IMG/VR virus record: IMGVR_UViG_3300031669_000010
Span: 23,422-87,421 of that record
Length of the DNA stretch: 64,000 nt
Reading direction: 5' to 3' (one strand)
Source: a virus
Lineage: Duplodnaviria; Caudoviricetes
Shown here: positions 29,833-39,600 of the stretch, piece after piece
How positions within the stretch are numbered: the first letter of the stretch is position 1
Layout of the letters: the number at the start of each line of letters is the position of its first letter
The notes under the pieces: model-generated
Seen by the model: only the letters and a program-made list of their open reading frames with translations
Databases searched by the model: none
What the model was told of the DNA's origin: nothing
Program-made: the position numbers and the translations under genes

Positions 29833-29900
29833 AGTGTGGGGGACAGGATGTATGCTTCGGACCTAGATGGGACAAGCGAGTGCCTAGTCCCCCATTCACT
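29833..29900 (+). other. GC-rich structured intergenic element
   Basis: Outer stem TGGGGGAC(AGG)/(CCT)AGTCCCCCA enclosing about 35 nt. Confidence 0.5.
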
Positions 29901-29905
29901 TAATT

Positions 29906-30637
29906 ATGAATATTAATGAAAATGTAAAACTCGTTTTAAGAGATGTTTATTTATATGATATTGAAGCGTGTCATTATACAATCATGACAAAACTCGGAAT
30001 GGATTTAGCAGGTGTTGATAGAGATAACAAATCAGAAAGAAATATTCACATTGGTAAAATGATGAGAAAGAATCCGAAGCTAACATCTATTCTACGAAAC
30101 ACAACCCGATCAATAATTGATGAATATATATCACGCAATAACATCAAAGAGAGTGACATTATCCTTAGACAGTACGATGGTATTATTACAACCAAAACTT
30201 TAAGAGAAACCAACATACAGCATATACCATTAAACATAAGGCAACATTTTCAAATATTCATTTGTTCTTTTGATCGAAAAAAGTACATCGCATTTGATAG
30301 TCAAAATGAAACAACCATAAAAGGTATTGCATTTAGATATGATGCCATGGACAAAATATACGAACAGATTTGTAGAATCAATTACGCCAATAAAGATTCT
30401 ATATTCAGAAATCTACAAAGAATAAAAGATAAATTCATGACAACACAAAATGCTAGAATGTTTGCTATTCCATTGAAGAATGGAAAGGTAAATATCTTTC
30501 TGAGAGATTATGGTGAGATGGAGATTTCACCGCAGACATTAAAAATCATAGACACAGACGATATTGATAAGGAAAGGTATTTCAAGTTTTATATTGAACC
30601 ATTCACTAAAAGTATTGTCACAGAATTTGTGAGGTAA
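29906..30637 (+). CDS. Compact DNA-polymerase palm-like protein
   Basis: YDIEACHYTI (motif A-like), ERNIHIGKMMRKN, RQYDGII (motif C-like); only 243 aa. Confidence 0.55.
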   Translation: MNINENVKLVLRDVYLYDIEACHYTIMTKLGMDLAGVDRDNKSERNIHIGKMMRKNPKLTSILRNTTRSIIDEYISRNNIKESDIILRQYDGIITTKTLRETNIQHIPLNIRQHFQIFICSFDRKKYIAFDSQNETTIKGIAFRYDAMDKIYEQICRINYANKDSIFRNLQRIKDKFMTTQNARMFAIPLKNGKVNIFLRDYGEMEISPQTLKIIDTDDIDKERYFKFYIEPFTKSIVTEFVR

Positions 30638-30641
30638 AAAC

Positions 30642-31244
30642 ATGCTTATATTAAACTTAGCAGCAGGAAAAATCAAGCCTTTAATTGAAGGCAAAACTCC
30701 GGGTCCACATGTTCTGTTAAATCTGGATACTTCATATTATTCATATATGGATCCGGATGTTATTGAAGAAACCATTAACCTGGTTCAAGAAAGAGGACAC
30801 ACAAAAGACTTTGAATACTTTACCAATGAGGATGCTTTTACATTCATGGAAAGAACAACTCTGATATTTGATAGAGTTTGTATCTATAGATTCCTTGAAC
30901 ATATTCCATTTGAAAAAGTTCCCTATTTCATATATCTTCTATCAACTATTACAACGCCAGGTGATGATATAGTTGACGTAATTGTGCCGAACTATGAAAT
31001 CTTGGCAAAAATGATTTTGGGTGAGAGTCCTTTGAGTGACTTAGTAAACTTTGAGGCACATAACATTCTATTGACAACAGAACTTTTGAATGAGCCAGGA
31101 TGCCCACATGCTTCAATCTGGACCGAAGCAAGAGCAGAATACTTTTTCAATTTAGAAGGTAGATTTGAAATAATTGAAACTGATCCGAATTACTCATTTG
31201 ACGGTCGTAATATCTATCTAAGATTTAAGGCACGACGAATATGA
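30642..31244 (+). CDS. Class I SAM-dependent methyltransferase-like protein
   Basis: ILNLAAG motif-I variant, DAFTFM, FDRV..YRFLEHIP. Confidence 0.65.
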   Translation: MLILNLAAGKIKPLIEGKTPGPHVLLNLDTSYYSYMDPDVIEETINLVQERGHTKDFEYFTNEDAFTFMERTTLIFDRVCIYRFLEHIPFEKVPYFIYLLSTITTPGDDIVDVIVPNYEILAKMILGESPLSDLVNFEAHNILLTTELLNEPGCPHASIWTEARAEYFFNLEGRFEIIETDPNYSFDGRNIYLRFKARRI

Positions 31245-31543
31245 TACTTCAGTCAAAATCATCAGGAGATGGAGGTGGTGGTTGTGGATATAGTATCAAA
31301 CAACCAACCCATCGTGAAACCCTTTATCGTTCAACTTTAGCATTATATGTTGATTATCAAAACGGAGTCCAGATTCACAAAAATAAATACAGTAATATTA
31401 CTGGAAAACCTACCACAGAACAGTTGGTTGATATTATGTGTCGTGTATTTGTGGAACACGCCTTCGACGGTAGAATGAAACTATTTCAGGCAGGAATGGA
31501 AGAAAAATTGAAACGGGCGGTTAATGAAATAATAAAGGAGTAG
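31241..31543 (+). CDS. Hypothetical protein
   Basis: ATGA overlap, operon context. Confidence 0.55.
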   Translation: MILQSKSSGDGGGGCGYSIKQPTHRETLYRSTLALYVDYQNGVQIHKNKYSNITGKPTTEQLVDIMCRVFVEHAFDGRMKLFQAGMEEKLKRAVNEIIKE

Positions 31544-31545
31544 GT

Positions 31546-32472
31546 ATGACACCATTTAATGAACGAGCAGCAGTAATGGGTCTTGATTCATCTCTCGCAT
31601 ATAAAGGTATGTTTTCATATAGCGATAGATACGGCGAAGTCGTTTACCGCCAACTTTCAACACAGTTTGTAGACATTCAAGATCCAAATGGACATCCAAC
31701 AGACGGCCTTCCAATTTCAAAGTATGGAATATATACGAAGGGCCCTGATTGGCAAGACTATTTGTATGCAGGGAACGTTTCCGATATGTACAAGTTCATC
31801 GGAAATGATGTTTTGAATCAAAGGATAAGGGATGCTATTACTTCTATTGGTATGCCAATTATGACAGAGAATGCAGTACCAAGTTTGCTTCTGACTAAAC
31901 TCAGGAATGAAATTATCATTCAAAGTTCTCAGCAAGCTCCTGATGTTGGTGATATCTTACCGGTTATGATTGTCAATAACAGTTATGATGGAACAAGAGC
32001 AGCATCAGTTGCTTTTGGTATTGCCACAAGCTATCGTGGTGACAGAGTTATCTTTGGTTTTAGTCTCGGTGAAATGCGACAAGTTCATATCGAGAGTTCA
32101 ACCACAAGCATGTCATCTGCAATCGCATCATATATGCAAGTGTTTTCGGACAACATTCTCGACATGATAACGGGAAGTTTTAATAGCACCTTAACCGAAG
32201 ATGAAATGATGGCAACTCTAGATGTTATTGAAGGAATGGGCAAAAAGAGAAGGGAAGGAGTTTCAAACCTTCTTCAAGAAATGATGCCTGCTCCTATTGA
32301 AGGACAACCACCACCATTACCAACAGCGTGGTTGGTCTTCTTGGCAATTGTACGATATAGCAGTTTTGAACCCAACCTGAATATGAAAAGGTTGATGGAG
32401 AATGCTGCAGAATCCGTACTTGTCATTCCCGCACGGATGTATGAAGTCCTTGAAAGACTTCCTGTATCATAA
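31546..32472 (+). CDS. DUF932-like protein
   Basis: IVNNSYDGTRAASVAFG resembles the NSxDG motif of DUF932. Confidence 0.55.
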   Translation: MTPFNERAAVMGLDSSLAYKGMFSYSDRYGEVVYRQLSTQFVDIQDPNGHPTDGLPISKYGIYTKGPDWQDYLYAGNVSDMYKFIGNDVLNQRIRDAITSIGMPIMTENAVPSLLLTKLRNEIIIQSSQQAPDVGDILPVMIVNNSYDGTRAASVAFGIATSYRGDRVIFGFSLGEMRQVHIESSTTSMSSAIASYMQVFSDNILDMITGSFNSTLTEDEMMATLDVIEGMGKKRREGVSNLLQEMMPAPIEGQPPPLPTAWLVFLAIVRYSSFEPNLNMKRLMENAAESVLVIPARMYEVLERLPVS

Positions 32473-32480
32473 GAATTAGA

Positions 32481-32511
32481 ATAGAGCGATACTGACCGGG
32501 TATCGCTCTAT
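32481..32511. terminator. Perfect 12-bp hairpin ending the replication/accessory block
   Basis: ATAGAGCGATAC-TGACCGG-GTATCGCTCTAT; T-rich sequence downstream. Confidence 0.75.
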
Positions 32512-32538
32512 CCTACAACTTTTATGTCTATTTTTTTT

Positions 32539-32554
32539 GGAACAAAAAAATAAA
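32539..32554 (+). promoter_or_regulatory. Putative late-type promoter (GAACAAAA..TAAA)
   Basis: Motif recurs upstream of six mostly structural transcription units. Confidence 0.5.
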
Positions 32555-32563
32555 GGAGCTAGA

Positions 32564-33841
32564 ATGCCAGAGGAAAAAAGAGTATATACCCCAAGTAGAT
32601 CGTATGATATCCAGGTTAAGATAAAGAATCTGGATTATACAAATGATATGATCCGTGTGGTGTTCGCCTCATCGCTATCAACTGCATATCAAGTTGTAAC
32701 ATTGCAGATGAATATCGATCCAAACGATGTTATATTAGAGGACATATTCGGAGGCCAACCCATTAAATTGAGTATTACTCTGCATAGAGAGCAAGTATAT
32801 CCTGGCCCAAGAATTGATGTTGAATTGATGTATGTTTCTTCGGATTTTCAATTAACTGAAAAAAGTGAGATGTCAACTGGGTCTCAAAAAGACAGAACTA
32901 CTTTGAATATAGTTACAGTTGTAAGAAATTCATATAAAATTATGAACTCTCTTGTTAATAGAGTATTCATAGGAACAAATCTTTCATCTATAATATCGGC
33001 CTTAGCTAGTGATGTTGGAGCAACATTACAGTATGATTCTAACGGAAGAAATAATGCATCAATTGATCAAGTTTGTATTCCTCCAACAACATTCTATAAT
33101 ATAATTAAGGAGCATACAAGAAATTCTGCTGATGTATTTGATGGATATTTAGATCAACGATTTGGTTTGTTCAATGGAGTACCTGGGGTGTTCTGTCAAC
33201 ATGATAGTAAAGTTTATATTATGAATTTAACTGCAAAACTAAGTAAAGATCAAACATTCACAGTATATGAACTTTCAGCTTTAAAAGACAAAAAAGAACT
33301 AGAAAGAATCGCAAGTGAAACACTGAACGGTAACGTCTTTTATACATACAACACAGTAGATACAGATTACTCTGGCAATGCAAAATTTGCAAAGTTAGCA
33401 ACTACATTGAATCATCTTGTACGACCAAATGATACACTAACTGCCACTATATCTCAGGAATTAAGAAGTGTTGCGAAAGATTATTCACTTGTTTATTTGA
33501 CTCAATCGACAACTCCAAATTTACATATAGATTCAGCAGTTGATAGAATAAGATACTACAATGAAGACACTGGCTTCAATACAGAAACAGCTATCTTTAA
33601 TTCCAGATTTTCAAGAACAATTGCTGATTTATCGACAATATCATTAGACATTGAAAGAAATCTTCCAGTGTTGAATTTAATTCAGGTGGGTGAGTGTGTG
33701 AAGTTTAAACCTAAGACTGTGGAATATGCTGATTTAGAAGGAAAGTATATTTTATGGAGTTCAGTAATAGAATTTTCAAGAAACGTTGATTGGGAAACTA
33801 CAGCAAGAATAAATTTAGTTAGAACAAATAAGAAGAATTAG
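32564..33841 (+). CDS. Baseplate hub-like protein (gp27/GpD-like)
   Basis: C-terminal IQVGECV..EGKYILWSSVIEF...TTARINL pattern; location; start reassigned to the ATG after AAGGAG. Confidence 0.55.
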   Translation: MPEEKRVYTPSRSYDIQVKIKNLDYTNDMIRVVFASSLSTAYQVVTLQMNIDPNDVILEDIFGGQPIKLSITLHREQVYPGPRIDVELMYVSSDFQLTEKSEMSTGSQKDRTTLNIVTVVRNSYKIMNSLVNRVFIGTNLSSIISALASDVGATLQYDSNGRNNASIDQVCIPPTTFYNIIKEHTRNSADVFDGYLDQRFGLFNGVPGVFCQHDSKVYIMNLTAKLSKDQTFTVYELSALKDKKELERIASETLNGNVFYTYNTVDTDYSGNAKFAKLATTLNHLVRPNDTLTATISQELRSVAKDYSLVYLTQSTTPNLHIDSAVDRIRYYNEDTGFNTETAIFNSRFSRTIADLSTISLDIERNLPVLNLIQVGECVKFKPKTVEYADLEGKYILWSSVIEFSRNVDWETTARINLVRTNKKN

Positions 33842-33853
33842 GGGCAAAGCCCC
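33841..33853. terminator. Hairpin between convergent genes
   Basis: GGGGC-AAA-GCCCC, extendable with AAGA/TCTT. Confidence 0.55.
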
Positions 33854-33872
33854 CACTCTTATTATTACCACG

Positions 33873-33938
33873 TCAGCAAAGAATTGAAATAAAAAATAAT
33901 TTAACACTACTTGAAACTCCTAATCCGCTCTTCTTCAT
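33873..33938 (-). CDS. 21-aa micro-ORF MKKSGLGVSSSVKLFFISILC
   Basis: AAGGAG 5 nt before the ATG; lies downstream of a CTATATATATTAAT motif and upstream of a hairpin. Confidence 0.5.
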   Translation of the reverse strand: MKKSGLGVSSSVKLFFISILC

Positions 33939-33983
33939 TTTTTCTCCTTTTCAAAGTTGATTGTTAAAAAATTCACAATTTCT

Positions 33984-34006
33984 CTTTCATTAATTAATAT
34001 ATATAG
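33984..34006 (-). promoter_or_regulatory. Putative early-type promoter CTATATATATTAATWARTGAA
   Basis: One of four copies with an identical 14-nt core. Confidence 0.7.
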
Positions 34007-34028
34007 ACCGAGATGCCTATCTAAAATT

Positions 34029-34043
34029 AGAACAAAAATAAAA
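34029..34043 (+). promoter_or_regulatory. Putative late-type promoter upstream of terminase
   Basis: AGAACAAAAATAAAA. Confidence 0.55.
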
Positions 34044-34053
34044 GGAGCATAGT

Positions 34054-35712
34054 ATGCCAAAACTTGAAGTCAGTGAAATGCATGATATGGCAGATGAGTA
34101 TATAACAGAATATCTCAAATGCAAAGCGGATTTTGACTACTTCTGCCGTAAGTATATATACATTGAAATTCCTGGCAAGGACGTTCTCCTACAACCATAC
34201 AAGAAACAGGTTGAACTTGTTAACCTTGTGGAAAAGAAACATTATGTGCTCGTACTCAAGAGTCGACAGATAGGAATCTCTACAATCATCCAGGCATATT
34301 CTGCTTGGTTAACGATTTTCTTTGATAATGCAGTTATTGGTATTATTTCAAAGGATGGAAAAGAAGCTACCGACTTTGCTCGTGCAATTAGAGGTATGGT
34401 CGAAAAACTTCCGGAATGGATGAAGCCACCGAGAGGCCCCTTGGGAAGAGGTTTCGCAAAGAGAACAGAGCAATCATTTATTCTTACAAATGGAAGTAAA
34501 GTATTTGCTTCACCTGTTAATCCCAATGCTCCTGATAAGACGCTTCGTGGTAAGGCCATTACTTTCTTGGTTATTGATGAGGCGGCATTCGTTCATCATA
34601 TTGATACAGCATGGACTTCACTTGTACCAGCTTTATCAACTAACCAGATGCAAGCTAAAAAAGCACAAGTACCATACGGAACTGTTGTTCTTTCAACTCC
34701 AAACAAAACAAATGGAGTTGGTGAATGGTATTTCAGACGATATAGTAAAGCAGTTTCAAGAGATGATATTTTCGAACCATTTGTAATTCATTGGAAAATG
34801 ATTCCTGAATTAGCAGACGATCCAGAATGGTATGACACCCAATGTAGACTATTTGACCATGATCAACGAAAAATCGCTCAGGAGTTGGAGTTAAAATTCT
34901 TACCAACAGAAGGTTCATTTTTTGAAACAGATACTGTTGAACAACTTCAAAATTCTGTTAAAGAACCAACTGAAAGATTAAGACTGTTCAATGGTGAAAT
35001 GTGGAGATTTAGTAGTCCAGTTCCTCAAAGATATTATATAATGGGAGTTGATACAGCACCAGAACATGGAGAGGATAAATCAGCTGTAACAGTTTGGGAT
35101 TATGAAACTCTTGAACAGGTCGCTGAATATCAAGGTAAGTGTAAAGTACTTGATTTTGTGAAAGTTGTCAAAGTACTTGCAATACAATACCCAGGAACAA
35201 TTGTCATAGAATCGAACTCATATGGTAACCAGGTTGTTGAACAATTAAACAACAGTGAATTTTCATATATGGTGTATCAAGAAAGGCGAGGTAAACAAAC
35301 AGTTCTTCCGGGATTATCGACTAATTCAAAAACAAGACCTTTAATGATTGATGCTTTATATTCATATGTAACACAATACCCAGAATGTATTAAATCTGAA
35401 AGATTAGCACTTGAACTAACTGGTCTTGTTACAAAATCAAATGGTAAAGTTGAAGCAGATCATGGATGTCATGACGATTTAGCCTTGGCTACTTCATGTG
35501 TTCATTATGTACGAAAATACGATCCACCATTGTTAATTGATACTAAAGAATATTCTTCATTCTCAAATGAAATGGCCGGAATAATAGCCGGAAACTCAGA
35601 GCTTTCAAATAATTTCACTAACGAAGGTGTTATGAAACATGTAAAAGAGCGTGTTGGTAGTGGTGAACTGAGTGGATTTGTTGATATACTAAGTTTGTAT
35701 GACCAACGATAA
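34054..35712 (+). CDS. terL: Terminase large subunit (T4 gp17-like)
   Basis: VLKSRQIGIST Walker A, LVIDEAAF Walker B, STP coupling motif, GVDTA, IESN, HDD nuclease residues. Confidence 0.95.
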   Translation: MPKLEVSEMHDMADEYITEYLKCKADFDYFCRKYIYIEIPGKDVLLQPYKKQVELVNLVEKKHYVLVLKSRQIGISTIIQAYSAWLTIFFDNAVIGIISKDGKEATDFARAIRGMVEKLPEWMKPPRGPLGRGFAKRTEQSFILTNGSKVFASPVNPNAPDKTLRGKAITFLVIDEAAFVHHIDTAWTSLVPALSTNQMQAKKAQVPYGTVVLSTPNKTNGVGEWYFRRYSKAVSRDDIFEPFVIHWKMIPELADDPEWYDTQCRLFDHDQRKIAQELELKFLPTEGSFFETDTVEQLQNSVKEPTERLRLFNGEMWRFSSPVPQRYYIMGVDTAPEHGEDKSAVTVWDYETLEQVAEYQGKCKVLDFVKVVKVLAIQYPGTIVIESNSYGNQVVEQLNNSEFSYMVYQERRGKQTVLPGLSTNSKTRPLMIDALYSYVTQYPECIKSERLALELTGLVTKSNGKVEADHGCHDDLALATSCVHYVRKYDPPLLIDTKEYSSFSNEMAGIIAGNSELSNNFTNEGVMKHVKERVGSGELSGFVDILSLYDQR

Positions 35713-36637
35713 GGAGATGTTAAATATGGATGACCAAACCACGCAGATTTCCGAATTATTTGCTGCACCAAGAGGAGATCTCAAAATAGCAGCGAATTTT
35801 GGTGGAGTCAAAATATATACATCCACAGTATTACAACAGAATTTTATAAAAGCAATGGTAAAGACTTCAAGAGTTTCTCCTATCGTACCAACATTAATAA
35901 AGCTAATGCAGAAAGGGGAATTTATTCCTTGTTACTTAACTGATAAAATTCTAAAAACAATTCTTAAAAGACAACCTCCTGAGTTTAAAGGATATGCAGG
36001 ATTAACTCTCGGAAAGTTTATATTAACATTTGTTGACAATGAAACTAACATATTTGGATTTACTTCAAACAACGAACTATCTGTAACAACTTTACACGAA
36101 CTTATACACAAAGCATCTAATAAAAATCCAAAGTTATTTTATCAAACATTTAAAACAGAATTTACTTTGTTTTATAATTTTTATTGGTCACGAGTTTTTT
36201 CGGTTGAAAGAAGTGGGTTGGGTGTTAAAGAAACACAAAATCTAGTAGAATTTATTTATTTTACAACTGAATCAGGAGACCGATCAAACAAAGCATTATC
36301 AACTTATTACAGAAAGTTGTTAGAAACTTTCCAGGATATAACAACATTAAATAAAGAAGAGTTAGATAAACTGGTTACCCAATATATCATTCTCATAAAA
36401 ATTATATGGAAAGCGATGTCTTCAAGTGCTCCAACATTAATTGAAAAAGCAGTTTTCGCAAATCGTTCTATTATTGTTCCTTTATACACAGCTTATAAAA
36501 CTGCGTTTGGAATAAATGTAAAGAGCATTAAAGAATTATGTTATCAAGAACTTTATGCACCATCTGAAGTTATTTCGCTTCCCGCATTAGTAAAACGTCC
36601 AAGTGCAAAAGTATATAAAATGGTTAACACACTGTAA
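35699..36637 (+). CDS. Putative zincin (HExxH) protein
   Basis: TLHELIHK; possible third ligand in YQELYAPSE. Confidence 0.5.
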   Translation: MTNDKEMLNMDDQTTQISELFAAPRGDLKIAANFGGVKIYTSTVLQQNFIKAMVKTSRVSPIVPTLIKLMQKGEFIPCYLTDKILKTILKRQPPEFKGYAGLTLGKFILTFVDNETNIFGFTSNNELSVTTLHELIHKASNKNPKLFYQTFKTEFTLFYNFYWSRVFSVERSGLGVKETQNLVEFIYFTTESGDRSNKALSTYYRKLLETFQDITTLNKEELDKLVTQYIILIKIIWKAMSSSAPTLIEKAVFANRSIIVPLYTAYKTAFGINVKSIKELCYQELYAPSEVISLPALVKRPSAKVYKMVNTL

Positions 36638-36650
36638 GGAGATACACTAG

Positions 36651-39600
36651 ATGGCAGACAATGAAAACATTAGACCAAGTGCAGATCTGCTAAATGATAC
36701 AAGTATAAACATGGCAAGCGATAGAGCCCGCCGTATCAGTAGTTTACACAGAACATCTGAAGATCTCGTTCGACAGTCAAATACTAAAAGACTGCAAGTA
36801 TCAAGTGAGATCAGTGCGATTACGAAGCAACAACAAAAAATGAAGGCAACACTTGAACTTGAACGTGGAGAAATGACAACCGATATAGCTAGTGGCTATA
36901 GTGAAGTATTAAAAGGTTTAGGACGTACAATTAATTCTCTTGCAACCGGTGTGAAGAATATAACTATAGACACAGGTAAAGCAACATCTGATGCAATCAG
37001 CCAATATGGTAAGGCTGTTGGTGAAGATATAAGTATTAACAAAACCAACACTATAGCAATGGCCCTGTCAAGATCAACCCCTTTGTTTGGATACTTTGCG
37101 GCAAAATTCATGGAGACAGATGTCTTCAAAAATGCAGCCACTGGAATAAAAGATAGAGTTACTGATGCAATGAAAGAGGGTGTGTCAAGAGCTGGAAGTG
37201 GTATTGCTAACGTATTCAGACGTGGTAAAGAAAAACTAGATGAAAGCAAGGAAGTACATCCAGCCACAGTGTCCGATTTGGCACAACTCAAAAGAGATAT
37301 GGCAGGTGAAATGCCAAAGCTTCAAGAGGGTGGTTATGTTAAACAAGGCGGTGTGGTTGAAGTTCATGCTGCTGAAGTTGTAACTCCAATTGATAAACTT
37401 CTTAAACAAATTGATGAAGCAAAATCTTCTGATATATCAAGAAAATTAGACAAGACATTGTCTATGATGTCTCAAAGTCTAACAAGATTAGAAACTGTAG
37501 TTGTACAACGAGAAGATAGTCAAAAGGGACTTGTACAAACATTCATTCAGGAGTTTATGAATGCTAAAAATACAAGAGAATCAGCATATCAAGAAAGATT
37601 GTTAAAAGCTATTCTTGAGTTGAAAGTTGGTCTTATTGGTATGACGTCTAGAATTAGAATTGCATGGCAGAGAACATTGCTTCAGCATCCACTGTTTAGA
37701 AATATTTTATTCTTTTCTGATTTAGTTCAAACCGCTATGTTAAGTCCTATTAAATTTCTTTTTGGAGTTAGAGGCGGATATGCTGGAGATGTTAGGGGTG
37801 CAACCAGAACAAATAATGTATTCTTAAAAATATCAAATCTGCTGGCAATGACATATACAACTTTAATGCCAAAGCTTGATGATATTGCTTTATATACAAA
37901 GGCTACCGCCGAGGGAATTGTTGGTGGGCCTGTTGAAGGAGCAACACAACAAGGATACACAATGTTCGGCAAAATAAAAGAGATGCTAACCACAAGATCA
38001 ATTCAATCGCCCGGTGAAAAAATATTTGATATGCTGATTGATAGGCTTGGTCTTGACCGTGGTGCAATGGAAGAAGCTGGAATTACAGGAATTGGTGGGT
38101 TTGCTCATCCTGGTCGTATTATGAGAAACATGGGAGCATCAGGAGAGAATCTTAGAGCAACTGCGTTTGGTGAAAGTAGGGATAGAAGACCTGAAGATAA
38201 TCCTATTTATAAAGTATACGCTTATTCAAGAGATAAAGCTGAAAACGTTTGGCATTATATGTCAAACAAACTTAGTGAATTGTCAAACATGAAAAGGGAT
38301 CAAGAAGACAGAGAGGGTCCTCATTCGCCAAGTATGGCAGAGAACATTGCAAAGACAGCAGGGCTTACTGAAGATAGATTAGAGGATGCTAAAAATTCTG
38401 ATGAGCAGGCAAACAAAATTCGTAAATCCCAACTTGGTTTAACCAAAAGAATGGGAAAACGATTAAGAAAAATGGGAAGTCAGATTTGGGATTGGCTCCT
38501 ATTTGGTTTTACTTTTCTTAAAGACATGTTCTTTAAAGGAATAGGAACATTAAAAACATTCTTACAACCATTGATTACAGCAGCTCTAACTGCTGGTGGA
38601 GCAGCCTTATCTAAAATAGGCGGAGTCGGAGGATTGGCAGGAGGTATGAGTCTCGCTGCTGGTGTTGCGATGGGTGTTTATGATGGTATGCGGGCTGTTG
38701 CATTATCAGATGAATGGAAAACCAGTAAAGCTTCAGCAGCAGTAGGAGGATTCCTCGGAGGTACTGATAAGGGAGTATCTGGTGCTGCTAAAGGTGCTTT
38801 AAAAGGTGGACTGATTGGAGCAGGTATTGGTTCATTCTTCCCAGTTGTCGGTACAGCAATTGGTGGCGCAATCGGTGCAATTGCTGGTGGTATTCTTGGA
38901 TTTATTGGTGGTGAGAATATTGCTTCAGGAATTGATGCTTTAGCAGGATATCTTAAAAAGTTTATCATGGCAGCTTGGGGTATTATCAAGTGGCCGTTTG
39001 AAATGATAGGAAAAGGATTCACTTGGTTGAAAGAGAATCTAACTTGGGAAAATATTAAAGCCTGGGCAATTACAGGATGGGATACGTATTGGTCATTCAT
39101 TACATGGCCATACAAAAAAGCAAAGGAAGGAATTGACTGGGTTTATAAGAAAGCCAAAGAATTCCTTACAACGGGATGGTTGGGTGAAAATTTAGATACA
39201 ATAACTTCATTCATTACATGGCCATATAGAAAAATTAAAGAATTGTGGACATCAGTAAAAGAGTTTTTTACATCTGATGAGCCTCTTTCGGTTAAAGCAC
39301 AAAAAGTAATTGATTTTGTTACATGGCCAGTAAGAAAGATATTGGAAGTTAAAGATTGGGTTATGGAAAAAATCTCATCGCTATTATCAGATACTTGGTT
39401 AGGTCAAAAGGTACAGAAAGTGATTGATTTTGTTACATGGCCATATAGAAAAATTAAAGAATTAAGTCAATCAGTAAAAGACTTTTTTACATCTGATGAA
39501 CCTCTTTCGGTTAAAGTACAGAAAATAACTGATTTTATTACATGGCCAATGCGAAAAATAATGGAACTAAAAGATTGGGCAAAAAATAAAATTAAATCAT

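Noticed and set aside
33820-33832. Extra AGAACAAATA match at the end of the hub gene
   Set aside because: It lies inside coding sequence just before a hairpin, with no downstream plus-strand gene in range; likely chance in AT-rich DNA
19855-35712. Inteins or introns in RNAP or terminase
   Set aside because: The proteins are compact with motifs at expected spacing, with no frame breaks or intein/homing-endonuclease signatures
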